Translations under genes and position numbers: made by a program
Assembly (NCBI GenBank): GCA_001643675.2
Contig: LSRY02000048.1
Coordinates: 186,001-250,000 of the forward strand
Direction of reading: 5' to 3'
Source: Monocercomonoides exilis PA203
Taxonomy: Eukaryota; Protista; Preaxostyla
Length of the DNA: 64,000 nucleotides
Part shown: one piece after another, positions 17,075-29,599 of the stretch
Numbering within the stretch: position 1 is the first letter of the stretch
Layout: every line of letters starts with the position of its first letter
The notes under the pieces: generated by a model
The model's input: the letters and a program-made list of their open reading frames with translations, nothing else
Told to the model about the DNA's origin: nothing
Databases searched by the model: none

Positions 17075-18204
17075 CCTATTTCAAGTTTATCTTCATTAAG
17101 CTTCAAATTAATTGTGAAAACACTCAAACCGTTTAGATCTTAAACTCCAATACTCTATTCACAAAACAAAGGGACTCAGATCAAAGAACGTTTAAAAAAT
17201 ATTTGTTACACTCTTTTTTTCGATAAAATCGTTTTTAATATTAAACATATAAAAAAAATGAGATAATACGTCAGATGTTTCATATTTATAAAATTCTTTA
17301 AGAAGTGAATTTCGAAAAATAAAAAAAATTTTCTGTTAGTTTTTCATGAAATAAACACAAAATTGCAAAATTTTTTCTTGTATGGAATAATCCTTTTCCT
17401 ATATATTATTATAATACATAAATGCTAGAATCAGATAAAAAAGATGAGAAAATTGAATTAATCATAAAATACTCCTTTTAAAATTCAATATATATTTTCT
17501 TAATAAAACTGTTTCATTAGTAATGTTAATGAGAAGAACATGTAAAAGTTCTCAAATTGTCAGATAATGATATTTTCTTTTGCATCAACGCTAATTGAAC
17601 AAAAAAAACAAAACTTTTTCATTCAAAAAATATTGCGATTGTGCTTTTACAAACATGTGCATAAACTTCAATTAAAATTCATACTGTTTAAAATTATTTG
17701 TTAAAATCACATAAAATTTTCAAATTTGTAATGAAAACTTTTTTTCCTAAAAAACTTTTGATCCAAAAATTCCAAAAAATATATCAAAAACAACTATCAT
17801 TTTTGATCAACGAAAAAATATTTGTTTAATCATTAATCACTTGCATCAATTAACGAAAAGTGTATTCATTGGATATAAGAAATAATAAATCGGATTTCAT
17901 TTATCGTATTTTGAAAAAATGTTCATTTTGTTCCAAAATGGTTATGTTTTAAAAAAAAAAAAAGTTGATATAATGGATGAAAGTGAATTGCATTATCATT
18001 ATTAGCTGGAAAGCAAAAGAGACAAAGTTTGTAACAAAACAGAAATTGCTCAGGGAGATATGGAAATGATCAATACGACGTGTTTAGAAATAGATAGAAG
18101 GCTCATTAAAAATGAAGAAAGTAAAAAAAAAAATTTAAAAAAAAAGAAACAAAAAAAATAATTATTATTTCTGATAGTTACTTTGAGCAATAAAAACGTT
18201 CAGA

Positions 18205-18247
18205 AAAAAAAAAAAAAAAAAAAAAAAAAAAACAGAGAGAGAGATAG

Positions 18248-18328
<81 letters not shown>

Positions 18329-18470
18329 TAGATAGATAGATAGAGAGAAAGAGAAAGAGAGAGAATGAGAGGAAAACAGAAAGAGATAGAAAGAGAAAGA
18401 GAAAGAGAAAGAAAGAAAGAGAAAGAGAAAGAGAAAGAGAAAGAGAAAGAAAAAGAAAAAGAGAAAGATG
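18205..18470. repeat. Compound poly-A/(GA)n/(GATA)n/(GAAAGA)n microsatellite
   Basis: Directly visible. Confidence 0.9.
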
Positions 18471-18731
18471 GAAAGATTACATAATAACTTTATGAAAATT
18501 TGAGAGAAGACGAAAGAAAAAGCTTAAAAAGAAGGATGAAGAGAAAAAAGAAAGAACACATAGAGAAGGGGGGGGGGGGGGAAAATAAAATAAAAATTTA
18601 AAATCCAAACCTCTTTCAATTTAATAATGTTAGAATTATTATTGTTGATGTTATTGTATTATTAAATTATGGTATTATTATATTATTATTATTATATTAT
18701 TTATTAACCCTTATTGTTCATTTTTTCATTT

Positions 18732-21700
18732 TTACTCCAAAGTCACATACGCCTTCTGCCTCTTCCTCAGCATCACAATCGCACACACACTTATCCCAGC
18801 CACACAGCACACCACAGCCACACTCACCCCAACAGCCACACCAACCACCGCCCCAAACTTCATCTTGTCTTTCTTCGGCTCACTCGCTTTCTTCACTTTC
18901 TCTTCGTTCCTCAACAGCACATTCGCCTCCGTCACATGAAACTGCTCTCTTTTTTTTCCTTTTTTGTCTTCGTCCCACACTTTCACCCGCACAACCACGG
19001 CATCATCATCATCTGCCATGTTCAAATCAGTCGCTGACACATTTCCAATCACTTTCTCATCTGACACCATCTGCACTGCAAACAGCTCCTTCCAATCTCG
19101 ATTCACTTCATCTTTCTGTTTCCCGATCTCAAAGGAAATATTGCACGGGAAGAAGAACCGACCAGTTATTGACAGCTGAATCGTGTTTTCGTCGTTTGGA
19201 AGAGAAAATGAAGAAGAAGAAGAAAAGGAAGAGGAAGAGGAAGAAGAAGAAGAAATCAAAGAAGATTTCATTTCTTTCTCCTTCTCTTTCTCCTTCTCCT
19301 TCTCTATTTTCGCCATCGCATTCTTCGGATCCACAATCTCCACTTTCTTCAAGATAGGCACAAACATCAGAGATTCCTTGCCTTCCACTGCTTTGCCAGA
19401 CACATTACAGCCGCTGTTGTCTAAGAAGAAAGGCATGCTGTCTGCATATCCATCTGACAAAGGAAGAAAACTGTTTGCCATGATGAAGATGGAGGAAATG
19501 TCTTGCCCATTGGAGAAATGATGATTGTGTTGTGATTTCATTGAATTTTTGATATTCTTTGCATTTCTAGCTCCTCTTCTTCTTCTTAACATTCCATCAT
19601 TCGAAGACGCATCAATCGGTGTCAAACTTCCCCTGCACTTGATATTTCGCATCAGTGTTGGGTATTTCTGCTCCATGGCCTTGTTGTTTCTGAAAAGGAC
19701 ATCGTCAAAAGACGCACTCCCTTCTTCCAGCAGCTCCATCGCCCCTTCCATCGCATTGACCACAGACACATTCGTCAGCTCCAGGTTGGTTCCATTGAAT
19801 GACAGCACTGGCGTGGTTATCTGGCAGATGGTTTCATCATCATCATCATCTTCTTCTTCTTCTTCTCTTTCTCTTTCTCCTCCTTCTTCTTCTTCTTCTT
19901 CTCTATTTTCTATTTCAGTGCCTTCCACATGGTGCAATGCCCCAGATATCACAGAAGAATCAGCTGTGAATGAGCCCTGGAACAGCTTAATCAATCGGAA
20001 AGGCAGTGAAATCTTCTCCTTTTCTGCTCCTTCGGCAACTGGGAGAAGACACACATGGTCAAAGGAGAGCTGGACTTCAACTGGAAAAATAAATTAAATA
20101 AAATAAATTAATTAATTAATTAAAAAATAAGAATAAATAAATAAATGAGAAATAACAAAAAAATAAGAATAAGGAATAAGGAAATAAAAATTCAAATAAT
20201 AAATGATACACAGAAAAACATATATATAAATTTGAAAATTCCAAAAATAAAAGAAAATATGTGAATAATATTTATTTTTTAATTAAATGAAAAGAAAAGA
20301 AAAGAAAAGATTTTCACAATAACTAACATACCATCAGGATCATCGCTCATTGCACAGAAGATAGGCAGCTGTTTCTGATCGAATTTGAGAGGGTATCTGA
20401 TTGTGACAGACACGAAACTGGATGAGCCTTCAATGGAAAACACTCCAGTCAGCTCTTCGTCATTGCTTTGGACTGAAGGCAGAATCTCAATGGTGTCCAA
20501 TGGATTCTCAGTGAGTGAGGGTGGATAGCAGGATGCAATGAAAGAAGAAGAGGAGGAGGAAGAAGTTGAAGAAGAAGAAGAAGAAGAAGTTGATGAAAAA
20601 GATGATGATGACAAAGATGAATATCTTCCAGCTCCATTCACCCCTGACACACCATATCCCTCGCTCATCCTGACGCACCCGTCTTTCACCTGCGCTCCGC
20701 CAATGATGCCAATCGTCGGGCTATCTTCGCTGACAAACACATTGTTCAGCGCATACTCAACACTTTTGCACGGCTTCCCTCTCCACCCGCAAAACTCGCT
20801 GTCTTCTGCCTCGCCTTCTCCGCCATCTCCACACAGCACCGTCAGCCCTCGATACGGCACCGCATGCTCCCCTGCCAGCAAGTCGTATCTTTCTTTCGCA
20901 TTTGCCGCAGAGTTGCTGCTGCCTTCACCTCCATTCACCATCTGCTTCTTCCCTTGTCCATTCTCTTCGCTTTCCTTCTCCACAACGATGAGCCCTTCTG
21001 TGCCGTAGATGTCTGACAGATCCATCTCAATCGCATCATCTGGAAACGTGCCGAGCCCTTGCCAGCAGCCCACAAACAGGTCGGCGCCGCTGTCTGCCTC
21101 GTTGTCGCTGAACGTGCAGCGCGCAAAGTGCACCGCCAGCTTCTCCTGATCATCCTCTCCGTTGCTGTGCAGCATCAAATACACCGCTCCTCCCAATGTC
21201 TCTTGCTCCTCCTCTGCCTTCGTCAGCGTGCACGATGAGAATGAGGTGCCCGTCAATTCGACGCTTGATTTCGCAGTTCCTATCACACAGACAGCTCCCC
21301 CACGGCTCACTCCAGAACACGTGTCAAAGCTACAATCTTCAATGTTCAATGTTATCAAAGAACCAATTGCAGTTTGAACTCCAATAACCCCACCTGCTGT
21401 TCCTTTATCTGAAACGCAATTAGAAAAAGTGCAACCAGTGATTGATAAATCGAAATTATCCAAAGTTAATTCTTCATTCAGAATAGAAGGATTTTGATCA
21501 GTGCATTCAATTCCGTCGAATTGGCAAGATGAAAGCTTCATTGTACCTCCATTTGCTGTAATAAGGGCAATTTGACCTTTTATATTTGAAACTTTCATTT
21601 CTTCAATTGTTGTTTCGGCTGTATTAAATGAAAAGATATCTCCTTCAAATGAGATTGCATTTTCAGGTTGAAATGTAATATCATGCAAAATAGCTTTTCC

Positions 21701-22225
21701 TTTTGCAGCAAACAACAAGCAAAATGCAATATCTATCTGACATTCTTTGACGCAATTGAATGAGCAGGAAGTTAGAGTTATTGAGTCAATATTTGAAGCA
21801 ATCAATCTGATCGGTTTCTGTCCATTGCCTGTAAATTCAGGAGGAAAATCAAACTGTATTCTTTCAAAGGTTATGATAGTTGTTATTCTAAAGACTGCAA
21901 CTCCAGTATCCGGAAGAACAATATCTTCAGGAAAATTTATCACAGCATTATCTTTTTTTGAATTTGAAAGAAGCGTAACTCCAGGATTCTCATATGCCCA
22001 ACTAATTTGTGGCTCCACGTCAATCTTTTCTATAATGTGTATTTTGTGTTCTATTCCCACGTCCTGATTCTGAAGTTTAACCGCTTTTGCCAAGGAATTG
22101 CAAGGTGAATTTTCAGTTTCACATGTTCCTTCAGTTTTTATTTTAACATATACATCTTTGAAATCCTCATTTTCTTGTGATAAAACACTAAGAGAATTTA
22201 AAACAAGAAAAAATAAAATGTTCAT
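18732..22225 (-). CDS. Type-I membrane surface protein with beta-helix/Pmp-like repeats; exons 22225-20332 and 20080-18732
   Basis: Signal peptide MNILFFLVLNSLSVLS; CxxxxxPC motifs; FxxC...GGA repeats; GT-AG intron 20331-20081 restores frame; C-terminal TM and tail RKRQKAYVTLE. Confidence 0.85.
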
Positions 22226-23298
22226 TCCGATTAATCTCTTAATAATTAGATTTTTGATCGAAAGGTGAAAAATAATTATTAAACATACTGTTTATTTATT
22301 TAATTATTTATTATATTTATTTATCAATGTTTCCCGTTTTTATATTTTTTTAATAAATTTATTCTCAATTTTTTTATAATTGATTTTTTTTTTGTTTATT
22401 TGTTTATATCTATATTTTAGCAATTTGATTTTTTTTGAAATTATATATATATATATATATAGGTGATTATTTTTGAAATCATAACTTTTTTCGGGACGCT
22501 GATAATATAGATAATTCATTGTCAAAGAGAATCAATTAATCTTTGAAATGATGAAATCATTTCAATTGTGTCAAAAGCCAATATTTGATGAAAATGGAAT
22601 ACAAAGATTGTCTTTATAGGATTTATCACTATTCTGTGTCCATTTATCAATATTTAAAACGATATTATCAAATCGTATTTTTTGTTCAAAAAAATATGAT
22701 TTCAAAATTAATCTTCCATATATATATTTATATTCATTCAATATTTTTCGTGTATTTCAAACCTCTGTGTTGTCCTGAAAAGCTGAATCATTAATCAGTC
22801 CGTTTTTCTCTTTTGTGTGGATATGCATGCGAGTGTTTGTTTCATCTTCAAAAAAAGTTAAACTATTTTATAATATTGAAAGAATAAATTGTTTTGTAAG
22901 ATTCAGATTATATCATTGGATTATATTTTCACTTGGACCTAGGCTTATTTTTAACATCTCTAAATATATTTCAATTTTTTCTAAAAAAAAAAGAAGTTTG
23001 AATTCAATGAAACTTTTTCAAAACAAACACTTCATTATGTAATGATTGTGAAAAGATTTTTGTCATAAATTAATTCTTTTAAAAAAGTTCTGAATTTTCT
23101 GTTTTATTTCAATTATCAATAATTTGCTTGTGCTTTATTAACAGAATGTTTTTCTTGATTGCACAAATTTCTCTTTTGACTTTTTTTTTAAAATGTTATT
23201 AATTAGTTTTCAGAACTCATTTTTTGAACGGTTTTCATTTCTCTCCATTTATCAAATATAATCGATTTGATGTTTGAATAGCATGTTTGTCAGTAATA

Positions 23299-23659
23299 CA
23301 GATTGTGCAAAGAATACCGGGCAAGATCAATTTCTCAATAACTGCAAGATAAATAATTCTGTTTCACTTTCCACAAAATATATCTCATCAATGCAAACTC
23401 ATTTGAAACACGAGACTTTCAAAACAGCTTCGTTTGTGCTCAGAAATAATTAATGATTGAAATCTCGGAGAAACTCAAAATCCTATTTCTCCGGGATTTC
23501 AATAATTATTTTCTCTGAGCACAAATGAAGCTGTTTTGAAAGATTTGAATATCAAATGAGTTAGTGTTGATGAGTTGAATTTTGAGGAAAGTCAAACAGA
23601 ATTATCCCTCTTGCAGTTATTGAGAAATCGATCTTGCCCGGTATTTTTTGTGCAATTTG
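23299..23659. mobile_element. Foldback/MITE (Tc1/mariner-type ends, TA-flanked)
   Basis: TA|CAGATTGTGCAAAGAATACCGGGCAAGATC ... GATCTTGCCCGGTATTTTTTGTGCAATTTG|TA; ~170 bp arms around a 12 nt loop. Confidence 0.85.
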
Positions 23660-23845
23660 TAGTTCAAATCAAGAAAAAATGAATTTTCGTAATGAATAAA
23701 GTTTCAAATAGAAAGCATAACAAGAACTTAGATTTCAATGATCATGCTGGGAGATTCTGTCAACTGCGTTTCTCGTTTCTCTTTTTTCACATTCTTCAAC
23801 AATCTTTCCGTTTTTCATTATTGATTGTTTGATGTCAAAAATTGA

Positions 23846-23943
23846 TTTGAAAAGTTCCTTTTGTGAAATTTTCAGATGAAAATGAAAACTGAATATTTTT
23901 ATCAAATATTCACCTGAAAATTTGACAAAAGGAACTTTTCAAA
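23846..23943. repeat. ~100 bp hairpin (mirror copy at 44036-44133)
   Basis: TTTGAAAAGTTCCTTTTGT...ACAAAAGGAACTTTTCAAA with an inner GAATATTT/AAATATTC stem. Confidence 0.85.
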
Positions 23944-25025
23944 AAAATTGAGATATTTCATTGGAAATTCAACAACAGCAACAACCAAAAAGAAAAAGAA
24001 AGAAAAAGAAAAAAAAAAATGAAATAAGTATTTGAACATGAATATGAAAAATCAGAGATTTTGAAATTAAGCTTTCTTAATCGAATTTGTTTTTTATTTG
24101 AAAACTCTTTTTGAAGAAATCAACATCAAAATGCTGCAAAAATTATGTATTTGAAATGCCCATTTCTTTATCATTATTTTGTTTCAGCCATTTGTTGAAA
24201 TCAAAAAATGCATTTGAAAGCTTCGAAAATAATATTTTTTCCCCCAACATAACAAAACTTGAGGCTGAGATAAACTTGTGTCCCAATTAAAAAAATAATA
24301 ATAATAATCACTTTATGGAAGTACATGAACAAAAAACAAAGCACTCAAAACAACACAAACAAACAAATAAACAAATTAAAACAATTGAGAAATTGAGGAA
24401 AAGGGGAATAAAAAAATTCAAAAACAGATTGTTGCTCTCTTTCATCTGCAACAAAAATGTCAAAAACATGCTGGAAACGCTCCCAACTTCTCAAAGTCAA
24501 AAGCCAATAAATCCAATTCTTTTTTGCAAAAGAGCCTCACAAGAAATTTCATCGAACAAAGCAAATAACAGAAATAGATAAATATAATTACAAATACTGG
24601 CTGATGCACAAATCAAATGCTGAACAAAAATATCAAACACTCTGAAGAATTTCCACAACCACAACGATAACAGTCATGAAATAACTAACTTTCACGAACA
24701 AACCTTTCTTTTTCGAAATATCTCAAAATCAAGAGAAGGAAAAAAAAGAGAGAGAAAATAAAAAAGATAAATGAAAAGACAATTGAAACAGAAACAACAC
24801 ACTCAACAGTTATCGCTTGATGGAAATTATTCTAAAAAATCAAAATAATTGCATTGAAAAAAAAATCTAAAATCAAAAGTATTTTTTTAATCTTTTTCCA
24901 CCACTCTTCAAACAAGTGGAAAAACATTTCAAAACAAAGAATGAAAGAAAGAAAAAAAGAAAGAAAGAAAAAAGTTGAAATAATCAGAACGATCCACCAA
25001 TAAATCCCATTTCCAATGCTCCTTG

Positions 25026-28000
25026 CTAATTCTTCTCATCCGCAATCCGCTTGTATTGCCTTCGCTTCCTCTTTCTCACCACACAGGCAACAATTACAAC
25101 CCCCACAACTGCAGCAACTGAGCACACACTCACAGACACAATGACTGCCACCAGCTGCGCTGTTGTCAGCTTCTTCGGATCTTCTTTCTTCTGCTTCGCC
25201 AGAGTGATATACTCTGTGCTCCTTTTCTCTCCTTCGGATATTCCGCTCGGGTATCTCAGCCGGCAAACCAACGATGTGTACTCGTCGCCATCCAGCAGCG
25301 ATGATGGAATCTCCACTCTCATCTCTGTCTCGTTCACATACTCAGAAACAGGGCATTCAATCCACTCCTTCCTTCCCCCCACTCTTTTCTTCGATGCTTC
25401 GACTGTAAGTCCACACGGAAACAGATAGCACCCCTGAATCACAGCGCGTGCTCCTTCGTCTGACTCGATTTTCCCGCCTTTTCCTTGCTCTGCTGTCTCC
25501 TTCGCCTTTTTGATCATCGTTGCATTCTTCAAAACAGGACTGAAGAAATACGAGTCCATATTTTCTGCCGCACGCCCACCCACCTCCACCTCCACAAGCA
25601 TCCCAAATGGCCTTCCCTCCAATCCATCGCTCCCAGCAGCCAGGCTGTTGATGAAAAGCGGCTTCTCTCTCTCTTTTTCCAGAAATCGAATGTTGTTCCG
25701 CAGCGATGCAAACTTCTCCCAATCCTTCCCAATCGGGTGATTGTTCACAAAGCTGCAGTTGTTCAAGCTCAGACACGATTGCGTTCCATAAATCGCTCCT
25801 TCGCCGATGTCCACAAACCTGCTGTCCTCCATCTCCACAAAAGATTCTTCCTGCAGACAAACCAATCCACAATCCCACAAACACAGCTGGCTTTCCTCTT
25901 CTCCAACTCCATTCATCCCATCCCTGCTTGCAAATGGCTCCTCCAATCTCAAAACACTGCTCCTCTTCTCCTCTCCTTCTTTCCCATCTTTCCATTCCTT
26001 GTGCTGCTTGCTGCTTGTGATGTTTCCGTTTCTCCCGTAAATGACCAGCTGCGTGAATGTTTCCCATCTATGCCCGAACACTATCAGCCTGTACGGAAGC
26101 GCTCTTCCTTCTCCCCCTTTCACATTTTCTCCTTTCAACCCGGTGTACCACGGCCTGAAGACAACATCTGTTATTTTCAAGAAGCTTTTCGAACAGATCA
26201 CATCCAGCGCATCCCCCTCAACCGCATCCGGATACTCCATGTCAATGTGCTCAAACTTCAGATAACAATTGTCCATATAAAACACAGCTGTCGACTCCTC
26301 CGCTTTCATATTCGCCCCAATTCGAAGGATGCCCCGATTCTTCTCTGCGCCTGACAACATCTTCCAAGTTGTGCCTGATCCCTGTTCCCACTCAGATGAA
26401 GGGACAGATGCAGAAGTCAGCGTGACAAACTCGTCAATCAAAAACGGCTCGTTTACGAAAACTCTTCCAATCACATGCATCGTCATAACTTTAACATGGA
26501 TTCCATGCTCGATGGCGGTGCTGAGCAGATCGCACGGTCTTTCTTTTGCTCCACAGACCTTGTCGTCGCTCGCCTTCGCTCCTCCAACATAAATATTCTG
26601 AGAATGGTAAGGCAGTCTGTTCGCTTCGTCGCTCAGAAGATCAACAACATTCGCCTCTCCCCCTTTCCTTTCTTCCAAAAGCATCAGATTCGCTTTTCCA
26701 TATATCTCTTCCATCTCAAATTCAAACAACTCCTCTTTTATCTGCTTCCTTCCGCTCGGAAACGAAAGATACACAAGCTCTCCTCGGTCTGCCCAGCACT
26801 CACTAAATCTCATCCCGTTCAATCTCAAATTCACTGCTCCTGTGATTTCATCGCCAACTCGAATAAACATCGCTCCGCCTTTCGACTCTTCGTTCAGCAT
26901 CAACCCCTGTCCATCTGAAGTCATTTGCGCACCTTTGCACGAGCAATTTTTGAATTCAGCACCGTAAAAGCTGTAATAATTCCCATTCCCAATCTCCAAA
27001 TGCAGCACTCCTCCCAGTCGATGTTCCGTCGATCTGCAGTTAGAAAACTTTCCATCGTTAAAGCTCAGTTGCCTGCACCCCGCCAAAATAGTAACAATTG
27101 ACTGTGCTGTACTCATCGTGGAGACCGTGTCCATGCTCAATCTTATCAAATCAACATATTCCCCAGCTTCCACCAAGACGAGCGCAAAAGAAGATGTGAA
27201 ATGAGAGATAAAGACTTCGTTCATGTATAGAGTTCCCATTTTGCATTCGATCAGCACACAGTTTAGAATCTGTTGAGAATCGGTGCACGAGATATTCACT
27301 CGGTAGATGTCAGCACACGCCCTGTCTCCATCACACACAAACAGGCCATTGTCTCTCCCGCTCTGTCTCGTTGTGTCCACTTGCACATCTGCTCTGTACA
27401 GCCCAAAATTCGCATTTTGCCGCACATTAAACAGCCCCTCGCCCGGATGCGCCTTCGCTTCGTCCAGCACTGTTGTGATGCTGATCACGTTGTCTTTTCT
27501 GTTTGCAACTTTGGCCGACCTTTCTTCAATCATTATTGGCTCGGCGTCGTATTTGTTGCCGTCTTCTGCTGCATACACAGTAAATGCTCTGCCTGCCAGG
27601 CAGTTCAACAGAGCCTGCTTCATCGTCTTGCAAGCCATTTTCCCCCTTCTGCCGCATTCCGCGCTGTCTTCTCCGTTTTCTCCATCGACATCGATATCCA
27701 GTGTGTCAAAGCGCAGCCAGTCCTCATAAAATACAATTGCTCCATCTTTCTTTATCGCTCCAACTCGATGGTCTTTCGTCACGCTGAAGGAATCTGCATC
27801 AAAAGGCGTTCGGCTCATTTCAACGTCTCCTTCACTGCACAGCGCAAGATCATTTCCGCACTGTCCTGCTGAGTTGTCACTGAAGAAACAGTTTTTGAAC
27901 AAAATTTCGTCGATCAGCCTTGTCTCTTCTCCCAAATGTATTGCCATCCCTCCGCCTGTCTTTGCCTTGCATCCCCGAAATGTGCCGTTTCTGCATTCAA

Positions 28001-29132
28001 ATCCTGCCATCTGCGTCAGATCACGTATCACCAGCCCTCCTCCATCGGCAGCTGCCTCACAGCTGCGAAACTCCACATTTTCCAACTTCACTTTCCCTTT
28101 CATCGCACCAATCATCGCCCCTCCCCCACGAACAGCCCTTCCCCAATCAAATATTGTATCGACAATGTTCAGTTCACTCTCCGGGTGCATCATCTCAAAA
28201 TAGATGCAGCCACCATTTTCTGATTTCTGCGATTGCATCGAAGATATCTTGCATTCAGATATAGTAATCGCCACTTTTTTGTCTGCCCCACTTTTCGCTT
28301 CGAGCAGCGCTGGCCCTGCATTTGCCCTCTCAACAGAGCCAAAGTGGCTTCCTTCCAGCGTGAACGAAGACCGAAGTTCCAGGGCACATTCTTTTTCAAG
28401 CTTTGCATGGTCCATTTGAAGACTCTTCAATTTTTGAACAGCAACATCTTCGGATATGTGCAGGATGGCCGCACTAGAAAGATAGTAATACCCCAAGTAA
28501 CCCCAATGAAATCCATCAATTGACAATTTTCCTTCTGTTATTCTCAATATCGAAAATGGCGCATATTCATCTGTCCATTTTTGAAAACATATTCCGACAT
28601 GCCTTATCGTCAAGGCTCCGCCAACGCCCCTAGAAAGAATCACCGCGGAAGAGGCTTCTGCTTCCTTTGATAGCTTATCAGTTTTGAATGGAATAAGATT
28701 AAACATCAAATGTTCCAGCGTCAGTGTTTTCTCATTCACCATGTGGGACTTCCCTTTCGCAACAATGCCATCCAATTCAAAATCAAGTGTTTTGCCCGCG
28801 CCCTGCTTCGATGCTGCTGCTATCCCAAGGCTGAAATCTTTCAAAAACTGAAAACCGTATGGAATTTCAGCGGAATCAACAATTTTGACGGACTTATCTC
28901 CAGGGCCTTCCCCAAGCAGCTCAATCCCTTTCGCAATTGTTTTGCACGGATCTGCTTCACTTCCACAGTTCTGCTTCGAATCGTCTCCTTTTTCAGAAAC
29001 AAAAACGGCATCAACAGCTGCCTCGGGACAGCCATCGGAAAATGCATTTGACCGATTTTTGTTATCGCGCTGCGGAGCGGGACAACTGGCAAACAGACAG
29101 TTCGCGAGAATCAAAGTCAAAAACATTTTCAT
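25026..29132 (-). CDS. Intronless 1368 aa type-I membrane surface protein (beta-helix/Pmp-like repeats)
   Basis: Signal peptide; three CG..(.)PC/C-type modules; GG[AG]/FxxC repeats; TM LVAVIVSVSVCSVAAVVGVVIVACVV; tail RKRKRRQYKRIADEKN. Confidence 0.9.
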   Translation of the reverse strand: MKMFLTLILANCLFASCPAPQRDNKNRSNAFSDGCPEAAVDAVFVSEKGDDSKQNCGSEADPCKTIAKGIELLGEGPGDKSVKIVDSAEIPYGFQFLKDFSLGIAAASKQGAGKTLDFELDGIVAKGKSHMVNEKTLTLEHLMFNLIPFKTDKLSKEAEASSAVILSRGVGGALTIRHVGICFQKWTDEYAPFSILRITEGKLSIDGFHWGYLGYYYLSSAAILHISEDVAVQKLKSLQMDHAKLEKECALELRSSFTLEGSHFGSVERANAGPALLEAKSGADKKVAITISECKISSMQSQKSENGGCIYFEMMHPESELNIVDTIFDWGRAVRGGGAMIGAMKGKVKLENVEFRSCEAAADGGGLVIRDLTQMAGFECRNGTFRGCKAKTGGGMAIHLGEETRLIDEILFKNCFFSDNSAGQCGNDLALCSEGDVEMSRTPFDADSFSVTKDHRVGAIKKDGAIVFYEDWLRFDTLDIDVDGENGEDSAECGRRGKMACKTMKQALLNCLAGRAFTVYAAEDGNKYDAEPIMIEERSAKVANRKDNVISITTVLDEAKAHPGEGLFNVRQNANFGLYRADVQVDTTRQSGRDNGLFVCDGDRACADIYRVNISCTDSQQILNCVLIECKMGTLYMNEVFISHFTSSFALVLVEAGEYVDLIRLSMDTVSTMSTAQSIVTILAGCRQLSFNDGKFSNCRSTEHRLGGVLHLEIGNGNYYSFYGAEFKNCSCKGAQMTSDGQGLMLNEESKGGAMFIRVGDEITGAVNLRLNGMRFSECWADRGELVYLSFPSGRKQIKEELFEFEMEEIYGKANLMLLEERKGGEANVVDLLSDEANRLPYHSQNIYVGGAKASDDKVCGAKERPCDLLSTAIEHGIHVKVMTMHVIGRVFVNEPFLIDEFVTLTSASVPSSEWEQGSGTTWKMLSGAEKNRGILRIGANMKAEESTAVFYMDNCYLKFEHIDMEYPDAVEGDALDVICSKSFLKITDVVFRPWYTGLKGENVKGGEGRALPYRLIVFGHRWETFTQLVIYGRNGNITSSKQHKEWKDGKEGEEKRSSVLRLEEPFASRDGMNGVGEEESQLCLWDCGLVCLQEESFVEMEDSRFVDIGEGAIYGTQSCLSLNNCSFVNNHPIGKDWEKFASLRNNIRFLEKEREKPLFINSLAAGSDGLEGRPFGMLVEVEVGGRAAENMDSYFFSPVLKNATMIKKAKETAEQGKGGKIESDEGARAVIQGCYLFPCGLTVEASKKRVGGRKEWIECPVSEYVNETEMRVEIPSSLLDGDEYTSLVCRLRYPSGISEGEKRSTEYITLAKQKKEDPKKLTTAQLVAVIVSVSVCSVAAVVGVVIVACVVRKRKRRQYKRIADEKN

Positions 29133-29599
29133 AGAAAGACAATTGGTTGTTGATCAACAAAAAGAAAATAATTATCAAAAATGTTCTTGTTCCAAACAAT
29201 CTTTTGAAACGCTTCGTCTCGGAAAAACTGCGCCATGCTCCAGATATTTTTTTCTTCCTGGGGTTGCAGTTTTCGCATTTCGGAATGCACATCAGAAAGA
29301 AAAAACAACATATTTTCTGCTGTTTGAGTAAGAAGAAAAAGAGACATATTTTTGTGTCGACGAATAATATTCCATTTTTATTCCGAAATATTTTTCCTTC
29401 CACTTTTTGTATGTTTCACACACACAAAAATAATTACAACAAATCATTCATTCAAAGAAAATGAATCGAAACAGTTGCTTCAAAACAAAAATTGCAACAA
29501 AACAAGAATCCCCAAAGCAACTTTTTCATTTGATTCTTTCATTTGTGTTTCACGAGAAGGGATTTTTTTTTGAAAAGGAAGATCAAAGCTTATGTGGTG

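Noticed and set aside
25036-29403. Many overlapping and antisense ORFs (and mirrors at 38.6-43.0 kb)
   Set aside because: Shadow frames of the GC-rich 1368 aa gene.
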